A stretch of DNA of 59,436 bases, counting the filler, from Jimgerdemannia flammicorona (taxonomy: Eukaryota), in NCBI GenBank assembly GCA_003990765.1. It is 2 parts of 2 records of this genome, joined end to end, with 100 filler letters (N's around TTAATTAATTAA, not from the genome) between each part and the next. Parts side by side here need not be neighbours in the genome. Positions count along the whole stretch, not along the records: positions 1 to 29,669 come from RBNJ01000478.1; 1 more part is not named here. One strand, 5' to 3'. The notes below the pieces were generated by a model. The model worked only from the letters and a program-made list of their open reading frames with translations, was not told the origin of the DNA and did not search any database. Shown here one piece after another: positions 11,769 to 25,620 of this stretch. The position numbers and the translations under genes are program-made. Within the stretch, counting starts at the first letter, position 1. Each line of letters starts with the position of its first letter.

Positions 11769-11786
11769 ACCAGCCAATGGGCACCA
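11769..11786 (-). other. Putative primer-binding site of element A
   Basis: Minus strand reads LTR end ...GACA, a 3-nt spacer ACT, then TGGTGCCCATTGGCTGGT. The cognate tRNA cannot be identified by eye. Confidence 0.65.
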
Positions 11787-11789
11787 AGT

Positions 11790-13344
11790 TGTCATATAGT
11801 GGTTACTGAGTCCTTCAAATATACTAGATTCTCTTCAAGATATGTATATCTCTTAGACTAACTCAAGTTTGTTATAAGCAAGTTCTTATTGGAGTGCCTT
11901 CCTAAGGTCTTATAGTCCTCAAACTTCTTATCTTTAAACTGTCTTGTTATCTCTTAGTTGCTTGCAAGGAAGTGTATAAGTAAACCAGATAGAACTGACT
12001 TTATTTCAGAGGAAATAAGAGAGATATTTATACAAAATATAATTTAATAGTTGCTAAGATATAAAGCTAAATATAAATTCCAATAACTAAAACTACTAAG
12101 TTCTAGGGTTGGCACTGATAGTTATATAGGTTCAGGATGTTGGTATAATTTAATATCACATCAGAATACCAGTGCTAGAACAATTTTGTATCACCTCAGA
12201 ATACTGGTGCTGGCATTATCTAGTGTTATATCAAAATACCAGTGCTGGCATTATTCAGTATAACAAAGAACTTAGAGCAGAAAGTTCAGGACCATAGGGG
12301 CTTCATCCTTATCATTACTGAAGGAGATGAGATCTGCGAATTCATCGTCATACAGGTCACACATCTCACATATGTCATACATTTCGCATGCTTCGATGTT
12401 ATGCAGGATGATGTCATCACTGATGATGTCATCACATTCAGTGGCAGAGAAATCAGGGGCTCTCCAATCTATGAGGTTCTTTTCTACAAAATAAGGAACA
12501 AATGTGGAGTCTTGGGGAGATCTAATCTGAATGCTTGGGCCTTAGAATACTGAGATCAATTCTTGCAGGAATTGGTCTGGGTTGTCCTGAAGGATGGAGT
12601 GCCAGATGTCTTCTACTTCATCACTATTGAGGGTGATAGTAGACTGGGCTTCTGTAGCTACCCTGGCTTCTAGTGTATTGATATGGTGGGATGACAGGTC
12701 TCTGATATCTGAGACTCTAACATACTCCAAGTTGGGGATTAACCATATGCATGCCTGAAGATCTGATGGATCTTCTTAGCTGTCCTTGTTTTGCATATAT
12801 CTATGGGAGTGATATCTTGTAGCTCTTGAGTACTGGCCTGTGGGAACTTCTGGCAGAGGAGGTTTCTTATTTTGTACATCTGCCATATTTGGAGGCATTT
12901 GGTAGCAATGGTGATCCTTGTTTCCATTTCATAGCAGTAGAGGATAAAGTGATAGGAATCTGCAGTACCCAGGTTGATACTAGGAGTTCTTCTTGAGCAG
13001 GTCCTCATGGCTCTTCTGATGTCTTAGAACATCCTTTCCTTGACTGAGATGCCTTGGTGGTTCCTTGACCTTGAGGTTTGGCAGGCAGTAGGCATTTTAT
13101 TTATAGTAAGTCTTTGAGCTATTTTGAGATTAGTGGGTCTTAATGGTTGCTACTACTGTGGTTCCTTGATTCTTCTTTTATATTCCTCAAGATGCTTGTA
13201 CTGTGGTCACAATGACTCATAGTTAGTCATCATTGCTCATCACTCATCTCATATGCTGTATGATCTTCTTGTGCTCTGATCTGGTGGCTTGTGGGGAAAG
13301 ACTGTCTCCTGTGCTGATGTCATCATTCTGAGGTCACTGTTATA
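11790..13344 (-). repeat. 5' LTR of element A
   Basis: Colinear with 4555-6111, with terminal bases altered by transitions; followed by the PBS on the minus strand. Confidence 0.93.
12272..13095 (-). pseudogene. LTR-embedded ORF of family A, copy 2
   Basis: ORF-track pieces 12739-13008 and 12542-12730 join across a private 1-nt deletion near 12746. The frame continues ...DWRAPDFSATECDDIISDDIILHNIEACEMYDICEMCDLYDDEFADLISFSNDKDEAPMVLNFLL*. Confidence 0.75.
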
Positions 13345-14629
13345 CTATACTATCATTATCTTCTATATTAGAGTTACTCTATTCTAGAGATTTTTCTTCT
13401 TTTTCAGAAAATAGAACTTCAATATAGCTGATGATATTTAGATAAATGGCCAGGTTTATTCTTTATATATCATTTAGAGAGAACTGAATCTATATCAGTT
13501 CTGTGATATTTTGTTTATAGATTATATAAAATCTGTTTATAGTAGTAGTATTCTTTCTTATCAAACTAGTAATATTTTCAATATAGATCTACTCTGAGGC
13601 TGAAAGATCTTATAGCTGTTTACTAATAATATATATAACTCAGATAATATAGATTTTTCAAAAATTGGCAGACTTCTTAAATAATAATAACTTAGATAGT
13701 ATAGATTCTTTCTGAATTAGCTGATTTCTGACTTTGTCTGATAAGTATACTAAAATATAGCAGATTTTGCAAAATTATATCAAAGATTGCTTTATTTGTA
13801 TAAAGTTATATCAAGAGACTAGCTTTACTATAAAGTTGTATCTTATGCTAGACTGGCTTTGTATTGAAAATACAGACAAACTTCTTTTAAAATAGTAGTT
13901 TCTTTCTAAGTAGTAGGTTTCTCTTCAAATAATAGTAAAGTTCTTTACTTAAACTTTGACAATAAATCTTAAGCTTTGTATTAGAAAGTGAACTAAAGTG
14001 AAAAGAAAACTCACAATCTCCTAGTAGTAACTTTAGAGTGAATATTTCTCTTAAAGTATAGTATATAGACTTATCTTTTACTTTTGAACTTTTTGGACTA
14101 AGATTTATTCACTCTTGTCTCAAGGATATTTTATATAAGTTAGTTGCTATCTGGTTATTATGAAGCTAACTAAAGAATGGCTAAATATAGTGTATGACTT
14201 CTTCTATACTCTCAGAATATAGTATCTTCAGAGTATAGTTATTTTCAATCTGACTATTTATACTATTTATATAATTTCTATAGCAACTAGATAACTATAT
14301 AGGTAACTATAGTACTAAGTATTCATATCATCTGATTATATTACATTGTTCATATATTATACTATATAGTAGTTCCAATCTTGTAATTTATCTCTATTGA
14401 GTCAGTATGTTATATTTGGAAGCTCAACTGAGGAGATTTTCTTTAAATCTATATGACTTTTCAGCTCACAAGAACTTAATAGCTAAATGGATATATTTGA
14501 TATATATATATAATATTAATTTATACCACTATAGGAGAATAAGTCATTATTAGTATTTGGATAAAAAGAAAAATAACTACCTCAAAACTTACTAATTACT
14601 CAGTATTAGAAGAATCTCAACCAAAAGTC

Positions 14630-15670
14630 AGTATAGCTCAAAATTTCCAATCAGTAATTCAATTCAAACTTGATTTAAACTCAATTCAATTTGATTCAAA
14701 TAATTTCTAATTTGATTTAATTCATTTGAGAGTACTAATTATATAGTCTACAGATATCTGGCTATTCAGTATTATTGAGTATAGATTATCTTTTATAATA
14801 GATTAAGGACTATGAGTAAAAACTAAATAGAAAGTATTATTTCTGTTAATTTTTTTATATAGAGATTTCGTTAGCTACTTAGTATTAGATAATATCTATA
14901 TAGTCTATAAAGACTATTTAATAATAGATTTAAATATAGAATATATTTATAATAATTCATTATATAGAAGTAAAGCTCTTGGAAATTCTAATATAATTTC
15001 CAATATAAATTCTAATAAAAATTCTAATAGAATTTCTAACATAGTAGTTATAGATATTTTATATAGTTTATATATAGATATATCCAGTATACTATATTTA
15101 GCAATAATCTCCAATCTGTATAAATACTCTCTATATTGAGTATATTGTAATCTCAGCTTCACTTTTACTAAATACAAGAATAAAGTAATATTCTTATTAA
15201 GAACTCTCAGATCTAACTTATTAATAATTCCAAGCCTAATCAATTTGAGATACAAGCATGGTATCTAGTGATTTTAAATAAATCAAATTAATTTAAATTA
15301 AATTTAATTGAGGATTATTTGAATTAAATCAAATTGGAAATTTTTCTATTTAAATAAATTTCAAATTAAATTAAATTCAAATTAAATCAAATTCAAATCA
15401 AATTGAGAGTTCAATTCAAACTCTATTTTTAGATATATAATAACTTAATGAAAATATATCTAAATTCATCAATATTTAGCTAGTTAGATTTATTTTTATA
15501 TAGAGAAATCTAGTAAGCTAAAGATTATTAAATTTAGACATATATTAATTAAGTTATTATATTTCAAAAAATAGAATTTAAATCAAATTTTGAATCAAAT
15601 CAAATTAGACTTTTGATTTAATTAAATCAAATTGAATTTATATTAATTTAATTTATTGGAAGTACTAATA
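14630..15670. mobile_element. AT-rich MITE/hAT-like relic(s) with 5-bp periodic aattc/aattg repeats in inverted orientation
   Basis: Blocks 14641-14737 and 15266-15420 are roughly reverse complements. 15266-15667 has TAGT...ACTA ends with imperfect terminal inverted repeats. Confidence 0.4.
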
Positions 15671-17920
15671 GTATCTCTATTAATATAAGAACCTAAAAGT
15701 AATACTTGGACTCTACCTTTATAATAGGTAGAAAGAACTTGCTAATAGTAGATATTTGAAACTTAGTACTTTCTCACAGAACTCAGAATTTAGAACTAAT
15801 AGTTATCTTTGATTATCTGCAATATATTAATTCTATTAGCATATAGTTTTATTATAATTTAATAGTAGTAAAAGTTACTCTCATCTATAAGCAATCTTCT
15901 CTCAAGAAGTCTACTATAAATACAGACAACTCAGTCAATATTACTAATATTATCAGTGATAAATAAAGAATACTTTTATCCTAACTACTCTCCAAAACCA
16001 AGCTGAAGAAGCTAATAGAATTATTAGTAAGTAGACTGAAACTCATATCAGTTAAGAAGAATTTGACAAACTTAACAATGAAACTATCTAAGAAGTATTT
16101 GATATATTAATTTTACTCAACAAAGAAGTCACCTATATTCAAAGAGTCAGAAAGAAATTTGAAAGATTAATTAGTAGTCACTTTATAAGAAATATACAAG
16201 AGAATCCATCAAAGCTATATGTGAATATTTTCTAAATTTTCTCTTCAATAATTACTACTAAAAAGTCAAGACCTTTCTCAACTATAAGAGATATTATACT
16301 AACTAAAAAAAATCTCACCTCTACTACTGAGTCCTCTATATATAAGTAAAGATAATCTAATAGTAAGAATTATAAACTATCAGACTCAGTGAAGCCTCTA
16401 CTATATTATTTTAATCTAGAAGAATGGTTGAAAAAATATCTGAATCTGATACTGGTGACCTCAGTACTACTATAAACCTACTATCAAGAATATCAAGTCT
16501 ATATACTAAGAATTACTATAGAAGACCTAGTAATAACTCTATTTAAACTATATATCAACCTATAGACTAGTTACTATATAAGTTCACCCATTTTAGTAAT
16601 ATTATAGAAGAAGTGACTATATATTATACTACTCCTGAGATAACAGTATCTGAAGAAAGACTACCACTATCTTGCTATATAAGTGATAAGAATAGTAGAA
16701 TAATATCAGTAGATAAAAAGATAGCAGTTCTGGCTGACTAAGTGATTATACTTATTCAAGCCTTTTATCTTAGTATCAAAATAAACAAATCTATAAAAGA
16801 ACTCTGACTCACATTATTTGAAGATAAAGCAGACTAAGTAATAATATTTATAAAATAAGTAGACACCAATTATCATACTAATAGATAGAATGATAATTAG
16901 AATTCAGATAGTACTCTTACTAATAATAAGTACTATAAGATTGAAGATCTCTATACAACCACAGACTTGTATGTAGAGAAAGTTACTATCTATTTTACAG
17001 ATATGGCTACTTAGTAGTGGTATAATATATATCTCAGTATACTCTCTTAATTGAGAAACTTATGCTAAAATGATGTAAGTAAGGAAGTTGATGATTGCTC
17101 TGACTATAAAGCCTATCCAGCTACTATAAGTCTAAAGGAGCTGATTATCCAGTAGTTCTGTAGCTCTGTCTATATTACCAAAGTCAGAACTAAGCTCAAG
17201 AACCTCCAATTCTACAATAGTAGAAAAGAAGACTTAGAGACATTTGCAATAAGATTAAAAACTCTTCTGATTACTATATGAGTAAAGTATAGCTAATAAG
17301 AATAGACTGTGAATAGAACCAAAGCAGTATACTTCTTCAATATTATCTCTGAATAGTTATCATAGAAGATCTAAGAGTAAGAATGACTCTACAACTATCT
17401 CTATAAGCAATTATACTTAGGACAAGCTATTACTAGAACATATACTATCCTAATAGCTCAAAGACCAAGTATAACAATTTCACAGTTATATTTAGTCTTA
17501 GTACATTTTTGCATCTTTTAGTTAGTCTTTTCTTAGTACCAAGTATCTTATCTTAGCTAGTTATAAAACCTTTCAGATGTAGAATAGTATTAGTCAGCTT
17601 TGCTGAGAACCTATTTCTTGGCATTTCACTTTCTTTTTAAGATCCTTCTGGATCTTTCTTTCAGATCATATATAAATATTCTTGTTCTCTGCCTGAATAA
17701 AGCTCAGAATATTTTCTCCCAGAAATCCTTCAAGAATACTTGAACCTTTAAGTATCTCTTCAAGCTACTTTAAGCCAACTAGAACTTTCAGATTTAGCTG
17801 CTTCCTCTTAAAGAAACTAGAACCATTACACTTGGTAGCAGTGGTATCATTACACCTTGCCTTATTAAGAAACCTCACACAAATTCAGAAACCAGTCACA
17901 ACTAGTCACATGAATCCAAA

Positions 17921-20900
17921 ATGAGCCACAAAGAATCAGTCTACCAGTCAGACTCCTCTGCTACAGAAGAAACAAGAGGATCACAGCTCAATATAGAGGA
18001 TATGACCAATGCTATAGCCCACCAAATCCAAGAACTTCAAGTACAACTAGAACAGCAGAAAACAAGAACTGCAAGTATATCATATTCTGCTATAATATCA
18101 GTTAGTTTCAAGTTACTCAAACTAGATACCTTTGACAGCCATCAAGGAGAACTGTCTATAGATGCATGGACCTTCTAGTTAGACTAATTCTTTGAGCTTA
18201 CAAGAATAGAAGAAGACATACAAGTCTAATTTGTCACCACACTTTTCTGAGAAAATGCAGCTATCTAATAATACAATTATATCATAGTTATATCTGTATA
18301 CTCATATATACAAATCAGAGACTGGGAAGCTTTCAAGAGAGCCCTTCACAAGCAGTTCAAGTTTGCTAATACTACCAAGCTAGCCAGAGACAAGCTAGTG
18401 AACATCAAGCAACTCAAGTTTATATAAAGCTATAATATATAATTCTTGTCAATTCTACTCAAGCTATCAGTAATATCTGAGGATAAAAAGATAGACCACT
18501 ATATCCAAGATCTGAAGAGAAATATATGAGTCAAGGTTGAGCTAGAAGAGCCCAAAAACCTTATTGAAGTCATGAGAATTATCAATAAGTTTGATATCAT
18601 CATCTTTAGCAATCACTTTAAACCAAAATACTATAAGAAGAACCACTTTGAGAACTGCCACAACAATCAACCAAGAACAGTTGGCCCACCACTAATAGAC
18701 TTAGACACCATAAACAAAAAGATCACCAAGCTTACTTCTGAAGAAAAGGACTGCTTGAAGAAATCTGGAGTCTATTTCTTCTGTTACCAAACAGGACACA
18801 TTGCAACCAAATGTTCTAAGAAGACTAGCAAACCCTCAAGACCAGTCACTATGTTATCCAAGGACATAGCTATCAACCCCACCACCAGTCAACCCAAGCT
18901 CAAGGTTAAGAAGCTTCATCCAAAGATCCAGGTCTCTCAATATTAAATAGAAGAATCCATTGATCTTGACTTACACTCAGTCAAACAAGTCACTATTCCA
19001 GCTAAGGGCTATACTCTAGTGCCTACTGGAATTGCAGTTCAATGTCCTGAAGGACATTATGCCAGAATTGCACTGCAATCAGAACTTAGTGTCAAATATC
19101 ATTTAGATGTAGATACTGGTGTCATTGATCCAGACTTTCAAGGACAAGTTCAAGTTCTACTTATTAACCAAAAGGATCAAGACTACATAGTCAAGGAAGG
19201 AGACTGAGTCATGCAAATGATCCTAGAAAGAGCCAGTCAACTCAAGATCACAGAAGTCCAAGAACTCTCTGAAACTGAATAAGATCAAAAAGATTTTAAC
19301 AGTACTGATCAAGTAGCAAGTCTTAGTGAAAATCAAGCTAAAGCTATGCTCATTTTCAAAGGCCTAGTCAAAGGAAAAGAAGTTCAAGTACTCTTAGATA
19401 GTAGAGCTATAGGGAACTTCATCAATCAGAATCTCATTGAAAGCCTGTACCCAAGAATAATGGTATAGTTACTACAGATAGTACTCTATACCCCATTGAG
19501 TCAATTGCTACCAAACTACCCATCAAGATCCAGAAATATTGGGAATGAGTAGACTTCAAGATTGTACCACTAGGAGATTATGACCTGATCTTAGGAAAAC
19601 TCTAACTTATGAAATACAATCCAGACATCAATTGATACAAGAATGAAGTCACTCTATCAAGATGGAGCCAACATCACTATCAAGACAGACAAGGCTACAA
19701 ACAAGACCCAGATTGCAATACTGTCAGCTATATAGTATAAGAGAGCACTTAAGAAGGTAATGTATATCTTTATTGTAATAGTCCATCTCAAAAAATAAGA
19801 CAAAAGACTATCAGTCAATAAAAGCATCAAGTTACTACTAGAAGAATCCAAAGATATCTTTCCAGACAAGCTATCTGGTCTACTGCCTATATGAGAAGTT
19901 GATCATGAAATTGAACTGACCCCAGGAGCTGTACTACCCAAGAAACATATGTACCATATGTCATCACTCAAAATTAAAGCAGTCAAGAAAGAACTAGAAG
20001 AGCTACTTACATGAGGAGCCATTCAACCAAGCAAATCTCCTTATGGCTCACCCATCTTATTCATCAAAAAGAAGGATAATACTCTGTAAATATACATAGA
20101 CTATCATATACTCAACAAACTCACTATCAAGAACTGCTATCTGCTATCCTTGATTGATCAAATCTTTAATGCTCTCAAGAATGCCAAGTACTTCACCAAG
20201 TTAGACCTTATGTCAGAATACCACCAGATTCAAATCAAGTCAGAAAATATTCTCAAGACTGCATTCATAACCCTCTTTAGACTCTATGAATTCCTGGTCT
20301 TAGCATTTGGTCTCACCAATGTACCTGTTACATTCCAGACCCTGATGAACAAGATATTCAAGAACCAACTATTTATTTTTCTATTAGTATATCTTGATGA
20401 TATCCTGATCTTTAGTGAAACTAAAGAAGAACACCTTAAATATATTTGAATAGTCCTAGAGATCCTGTGAAAACACAAGCTTTATGCCAAAAGAAATAAG
20501 TTGAATACCTTGACCACATTGTCTCTGCATAAGAAATTCAAGTAGACCCATACAAGATAGAAGCAATTGAAGAATGGCCCATTCTGTCAAACCTCACAGA
20601 ACTCCAATCTTTTCTTGGTCTAGCTGCCTACTATCACCACTTTGTCAGAAACTTCTCTGGTATTGCTGAGCTACTGACTAACCTCATGAGAAATGCCCTG
20701 TACTCAGACCACTATATACTCTATACCTGGGACCTCTTCTGTCAACAAGTCTTTCAAGAACTCAAAAACTACCTGACTTATGCTGCAGTCCTACATAATG
20801 CAAATCAAGGCCTAAAATTTATAGTCACCACTGATATATTGAATTTTGCCATTAGAGCAGTCCTGTCATAAGATGATGGCAAAAGACATCACTCTATTGC

Positions 20901-22670
20901 TTTTGAGTTCTACAAGTTGGCCCTGGCTGAACAAAAGCTAGCCACTCATAAGAAGAAACTACTGGCAATAATATATGCACTAGATCACTGGTAACACTAT
21001 CTAGAAGGTATTGAGTTTGATGTCATTACTGATTATTAATCCCTTAAGTATATCAACATCCAATCTACTCTATCATGTCTATAAGCCAAGTAGAGCCTCA
21101 AGCTTCAAACTTTTAATCTGATGATCATCTACAAGCCTGACAAGATACTTATAATACCAGATGCCTTATCAAGATACCCAGATCTCACTACAATTATATA
21201 AGTTACCTTGGCATCAGAATTTCTAGACCAAATCAGACAAGCTTATAAAGAAGACACAGTTGCCACTAGAGTTTTCTTGAATGAGCTCAAGGATATATAT
21301 ACTATTGAGAACAATCTGATCTATTATTAAGAATAAGTCTATCTATCTGAAAATATAAATCTACACTATAAGGTTTTGTAAGAACACTATGACTTCCCTC
21401 TTGCCAGTTATCTGGGAATCAAGAAAACTGTTAAGAACATTCAATACCACTACTATTGGCCAAGCATGATCAAGAAAATCAAGAACTATATTGCTAGCTG
21501 TGATCTATGCTAGTGCAATAAGTCTACCAACTAAGTACCAACTGGGTTGCTATAACCATTACCAATTCCTACCAAGAAATTTGGGCAAGTTACCATGGAC
21601 TTTATAACTCAACTACCACAAACTCAATCTGGTGCTAATGCCATCATCATATTCATTGACTGCCTGACCAAGACTATGATTGCTGAACCAACCACTATCA
21701 ATGTTACTGCATCTGAGATTGCAAGAATCTTCTTCAAGTCCATCTTCCATCACTATGGCCTATCACAAGTAATTGTTAGTGATTGTGATCTGAAATTTAC
21801 CAATTACTTCTGGCAAACTCTCTTCAAGACTCTGGAAACCCAATTGGCTATGTCTACTGTCTTTTATCCACAAACTGATGGACAAATCAAGCATATGAAT
21901 AGAACTCTAGAACAAATACTTAGAAACTATATTTCTTACAAGCAAGATGATTGGGACCACCACCTGACTTATGTAGAGTTTACATACAACAATGCTATCC
22001 AATCATCTACTGGTCTTTCCCCTTTCCAGTTACTTTATGCTCAAGATCCTAAGACCCCTGCAAGTCTATTCTCTTTTAAAAAAACCAGTCAAATATAAGT
22101 CCCAACTGCCAAGAACCTTACAGACAAAATGGATGAACTACTCAAGATTGCTACTGTGAATCTTCAGAAGGCTCAACAGCATCAAGCCAAGTATGCTGAT
22201 AAGAAATACCATGTATCACTTATACTGTTAGAGATCAAGTTCTATTGTCTACTAAGAACCTCAAGATACAATCTCAAGTCAACTGCCCTTTAAACAAGTT
22301 CCAATCTAAGTATATTGGATCTTTCAAGATTACTAAATAAGTCTCTGTATCCTCCTATCACCTCAAGCTATCTGAAATCATGAGAGTATATCCAGTCTTT
22401 TATATATCACACCTCAAGACCTGGAACCAGTCACCACCCTACTCTGGTTAAATTTCTAAGCCTTTCACCCTTGTGATTATTGAAGACTATATTGAGTATG
22501 AAGCTGAGAAAATTCTTAACAAATAAATCTACTATCACTATTCTGAATATCTAATCAAGTGGGTGGGTTACTCTAAATATGATACTACCAGGGAACTACT
22601 AGTCAACCTCAAGAACTCTTAAGATCTAGTTCAAGACTTTGAAGTAAAATATATTACCCAATTCCTATAG
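17921..22670 (+). pseudogene. gag-pol of element B: gag, CCHC, dUTPase, PR, RT, RH, IN, chromodomain
   Basis: Zinc knuckle YFFCYQTGHIATKC; protease VLLDSRA; RT KSPYGSPILF, FTKLDL, LVYLDDILI; integrase MDFITQLP, YPQTDGQ; chromodomain EYEAEKIL...EYLIKWVGY (~22490-22645). Confidence 0.92.
18899..19309 (+). other. dUTPase domain of element B (between nucleocapsid and protease)
   Basis: LKVKKLHPK...DLDL...VPTGIAVQCPEGHYARIA...TGVIDPDFQGQVQVLLIN...KEGD*VMQ...TE*DQKDFNST, the last being an eroded RGxxGFGSTG. Confidence 0.88.
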
Positions 22671-25620
22671 TGACTTACTTGGATTATTGATGACTTATAT
22701 CAATGACTAGTACCTTATATATTGGAAGTTTACTTTGGGACCCTGAAACTAGCAGAACATTTAATAAATAAGAAGTCCACTGAAATGAAGCTACTAGCTA
22801 GGTTTGAACTCCTCTCAGTTGGTTAGTCTAGTAATAGGCCCTCTGCTCTATATGAGGATGGCCAATTCTCACCAATATACTGATACAAGTTTGAGAAATT
22901 TTGGTTAAGTATATCTAGCCTTGTGTTACCTAAGAACTCAATAAGAATATTAGTTCTTAAGAAGAGAGAGATGTAATAATTTCTGGTCTTAGTATATTTT
23001 CATATCTTTTAGTTAGTCTTTTCTTGTTATTTCTTAAATATTCTACTATGTTCCATTATCTTCAACTTGCTTAGAAATCTTCTCTTGGTGCCCAGATATT
23101 ACTAGAACATTTCTGTCTTTCCTTGATACTAAGTATCTTATCTTAGCTAGTTATAGAACCTTTTGGAACATTGTAGAATAATATTAGTTAGCTTTACTGA
23201 GAACCTATTTCTTAGCATTTCTCTTTCTTTCTAAGATCCTTCTGGATCTTTCTTTTAGATTATATATAAATATCCTTGTTCTCTGCCTGAATAAAGCTCA
23301 GAATATTTTCTCTCAGAAATCCTTCAAAAATACTTGAACCTTTAAGTATCTCTTCAAGTTACTTTAAGCCAACTAGAACTTCCAGATTTAGCTGCTTTCT
23401 CTTAAAGAAAATAGAACTATTATATTAAGAGACAATAGAAATAATAACAAAGAAGACAAGTAATATCAATTAAAAAAGAGATATAAATCTTAGAATAACT
23501 CTCTGAAATTATAAAGAGAATATAAGAAACTATTTAATAAGAAATTTGGAGAACTCAGGGAGAAGAAAGTATGTTTCCACTATAAGAAAACTAGATATAT
23601 ATCTTGTAAATACTCTGATAAGAAGATCAATATGAATAAGAGATTATCTTCCTTATATACTATTATTATAATAAGAGATGACTCCAAAGGAATCTCTGAA
23701 AAAATCAAGATCAAGAGATTCTATATCACTATAAAAATTTCAGACAAAGTACACAAATCTGATACTGGCTACAATCTCTACTTAAGCATAGAAATAACCA
23801 TCAAACCAGACAAGTAAGTAACTATCAGTATAGGTGTCAGAATGAAAGACTCTGCATAGCTGGAGGAGTTGTAGACCAAGAATTCAAAAATTAAATTAAG
23901 GTCCTGCTATACAATATTAGACAGAAGTCAGTTAAAATCATATGTAAAAAATTAATCACCCAGACTATTATTAAGATAATATACAATAATCTCTAAGTAG
24001 AAGAAACAAATGAACTATCACTCTCTAATAGAGGAGAAGGACTTTTAAATCAACAGAAAAGCACTCTGTTAAGACCAAGGCATAGAAGATTATTTATATT
24101 GAAGAATCTCAAAACTGAGATTAGAAATAATATATACTAATATATTATAGACAGATGTATCTCAGCTGGATAATATCTCTACCAAATTAAGATATAATAT
24201 TTTAAGCATATAAGTGAATATATTATATGTAATCTTAAATCTAAGAAATATAAGTTAACTATTTCTAAATGATTGGATAAAGAAATTAAGAAAATTAATA
24301 ATAAAGATAGAGAAATATAAGATTGAAAACAAGAGCCTACCTCAGAAATAATTGTCATCTGGTAAGGTAATTCTAAATTTATCTGCCTATAAGAAAAAAT
24401 TAAAGAAAATTCTGTTAAAGTCCTTATCAACAGTAGAGCAAGTAAGTGCTATCTTGAAAAGAAAACTACTAATAAATTTAACCTTAAGGTACAAAGAAAC
24501 CCATAAGGAAATATTACTATATTTGATAATAAAATAACTCAGAAACTCTCTAAAATCTACAAGAATACACTTCTATAACTAGGAGACTATACTACAAAAC
24601 AGACCTTTCATATTATATATTTTCTATAATATAACCTTATCTTTAGAAAATCCTGACTCATATAAGAGAATTTTCACATTAACTGGTAAATCAATATAAT
24701 CTCTCTAGGATATATTAAGCTATAGTCAGAATAGACCAAGAAGGAAGTGAAATCCAAGTATGGTATTATCTCTATCATTTAAATAAAGAAGCTAATTTGA
24801 AAACCAAAATAGTATATCTATATATATTCAAGGAATATTCAGCAGAGAATAATAATAATAATAATCTTTCTAAACTATTGAAGCATAAAGATGAAGAAAA
24901 AGAAAGCCTCTAAGAACTACTCAAGGACTATAAAGATGTTTTTCAAGAACCCCAAGAACTATTATCTATCTGAGTAGTAAAATATAGCATTAAAACTACT
25001 TTAGAAGCAGATCCTTCCTACTGTGAAATCTATTAACTAGTTCAGTCTGAGCTGGAAACTCTCAAGGAATAGCTAGCAGATCTGTCAAATAAATATCTCA
25101 TATATCTATCAAAATTACCATATAGTATAATAATTCTTTTTATTTATAAAAAGAATAGAAGTCTTCATATATATATATATTAATTACTAAGTACTCAATA
25201 AGATATCTGTTAAGAACTAATATATATATATTTCTATGAATCAATAAACTACTTAACTAAGTATATAATGCTAAGATCTTTTACTTATTGATCTTATATC
25301 TAAATATTATCAAATTTATATCAAGAAAAAAGATATCCTAAAGACCATATTTTAAATAAGATTTCAATGCTATAAATTCTGTATAATGTCATTCAGTCTC
25401 ACTAATACTCTGACAATCTTTGAGATACTAATGAATAATATATATATTCCAGAGATATCTTAGAGTATTTGTTCTAATATTTCTAGATAATATTCTAGTA
25501 TATAGTATAAGCAGTACTATCTATCAATAATACCTGTAAATAGTCTTTAACATACTATATAAAAACAAGCTCTCAGTAAAAGAGAAGAAATATTATTTCT
25601 TTTAGAAGAAAATTAGATAT

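Larger units (their letters stand above)
4555..13344 (-). mobile_element. Ty3/gypsy LTR retrotransposon A: full length, degenerate, non-chromovirus, with dUTPase and an LTR-embedded ORF
   Basis: Two ~1.55 kb direct LTRs (4555-6111, 11790-13344) and a 4-bp TSD CTAT (4551-4554 / 13345-13348). PBS-like TGGTGCCCATTGG follows the 5' LTR and a PPT precedes the 3' LTR. Domain order is gag-CCHC-PR-dUTPase-RT-RH-IN. Confidence 0.95.
17470..23424 (+). mobile_element. Ty3/gypsy chromovirus B: full length, degenerate, with dUTPase
   Basis: LTRs 17470-17830 and 22972-23424; PBS TGGTAGCAGTGG (17833-17844, initiator-Met type); PPT aagaagagagaga before 22972; 5-bp TSD CCAAG/TTAAG differing only by C>T. Confidence 0.93.
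13500..25620 (+). mobile_element. Highly decayed Ty3/gypsy element C, interrupted by element B and by the family-A copy; left boundary approximate
   Basis: LTR-like end TGTTATA (14408-14414) followed by PBS-like TGGAAGCTCAACTGAG. Eroded zinc knuckle VCFHYKKTRYISCKY (~23570-23615), protease VKVLINSRAS (~24414-24445) and RT VLIFLDNILVYS (~25470-25507). Confidence 0.7.
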
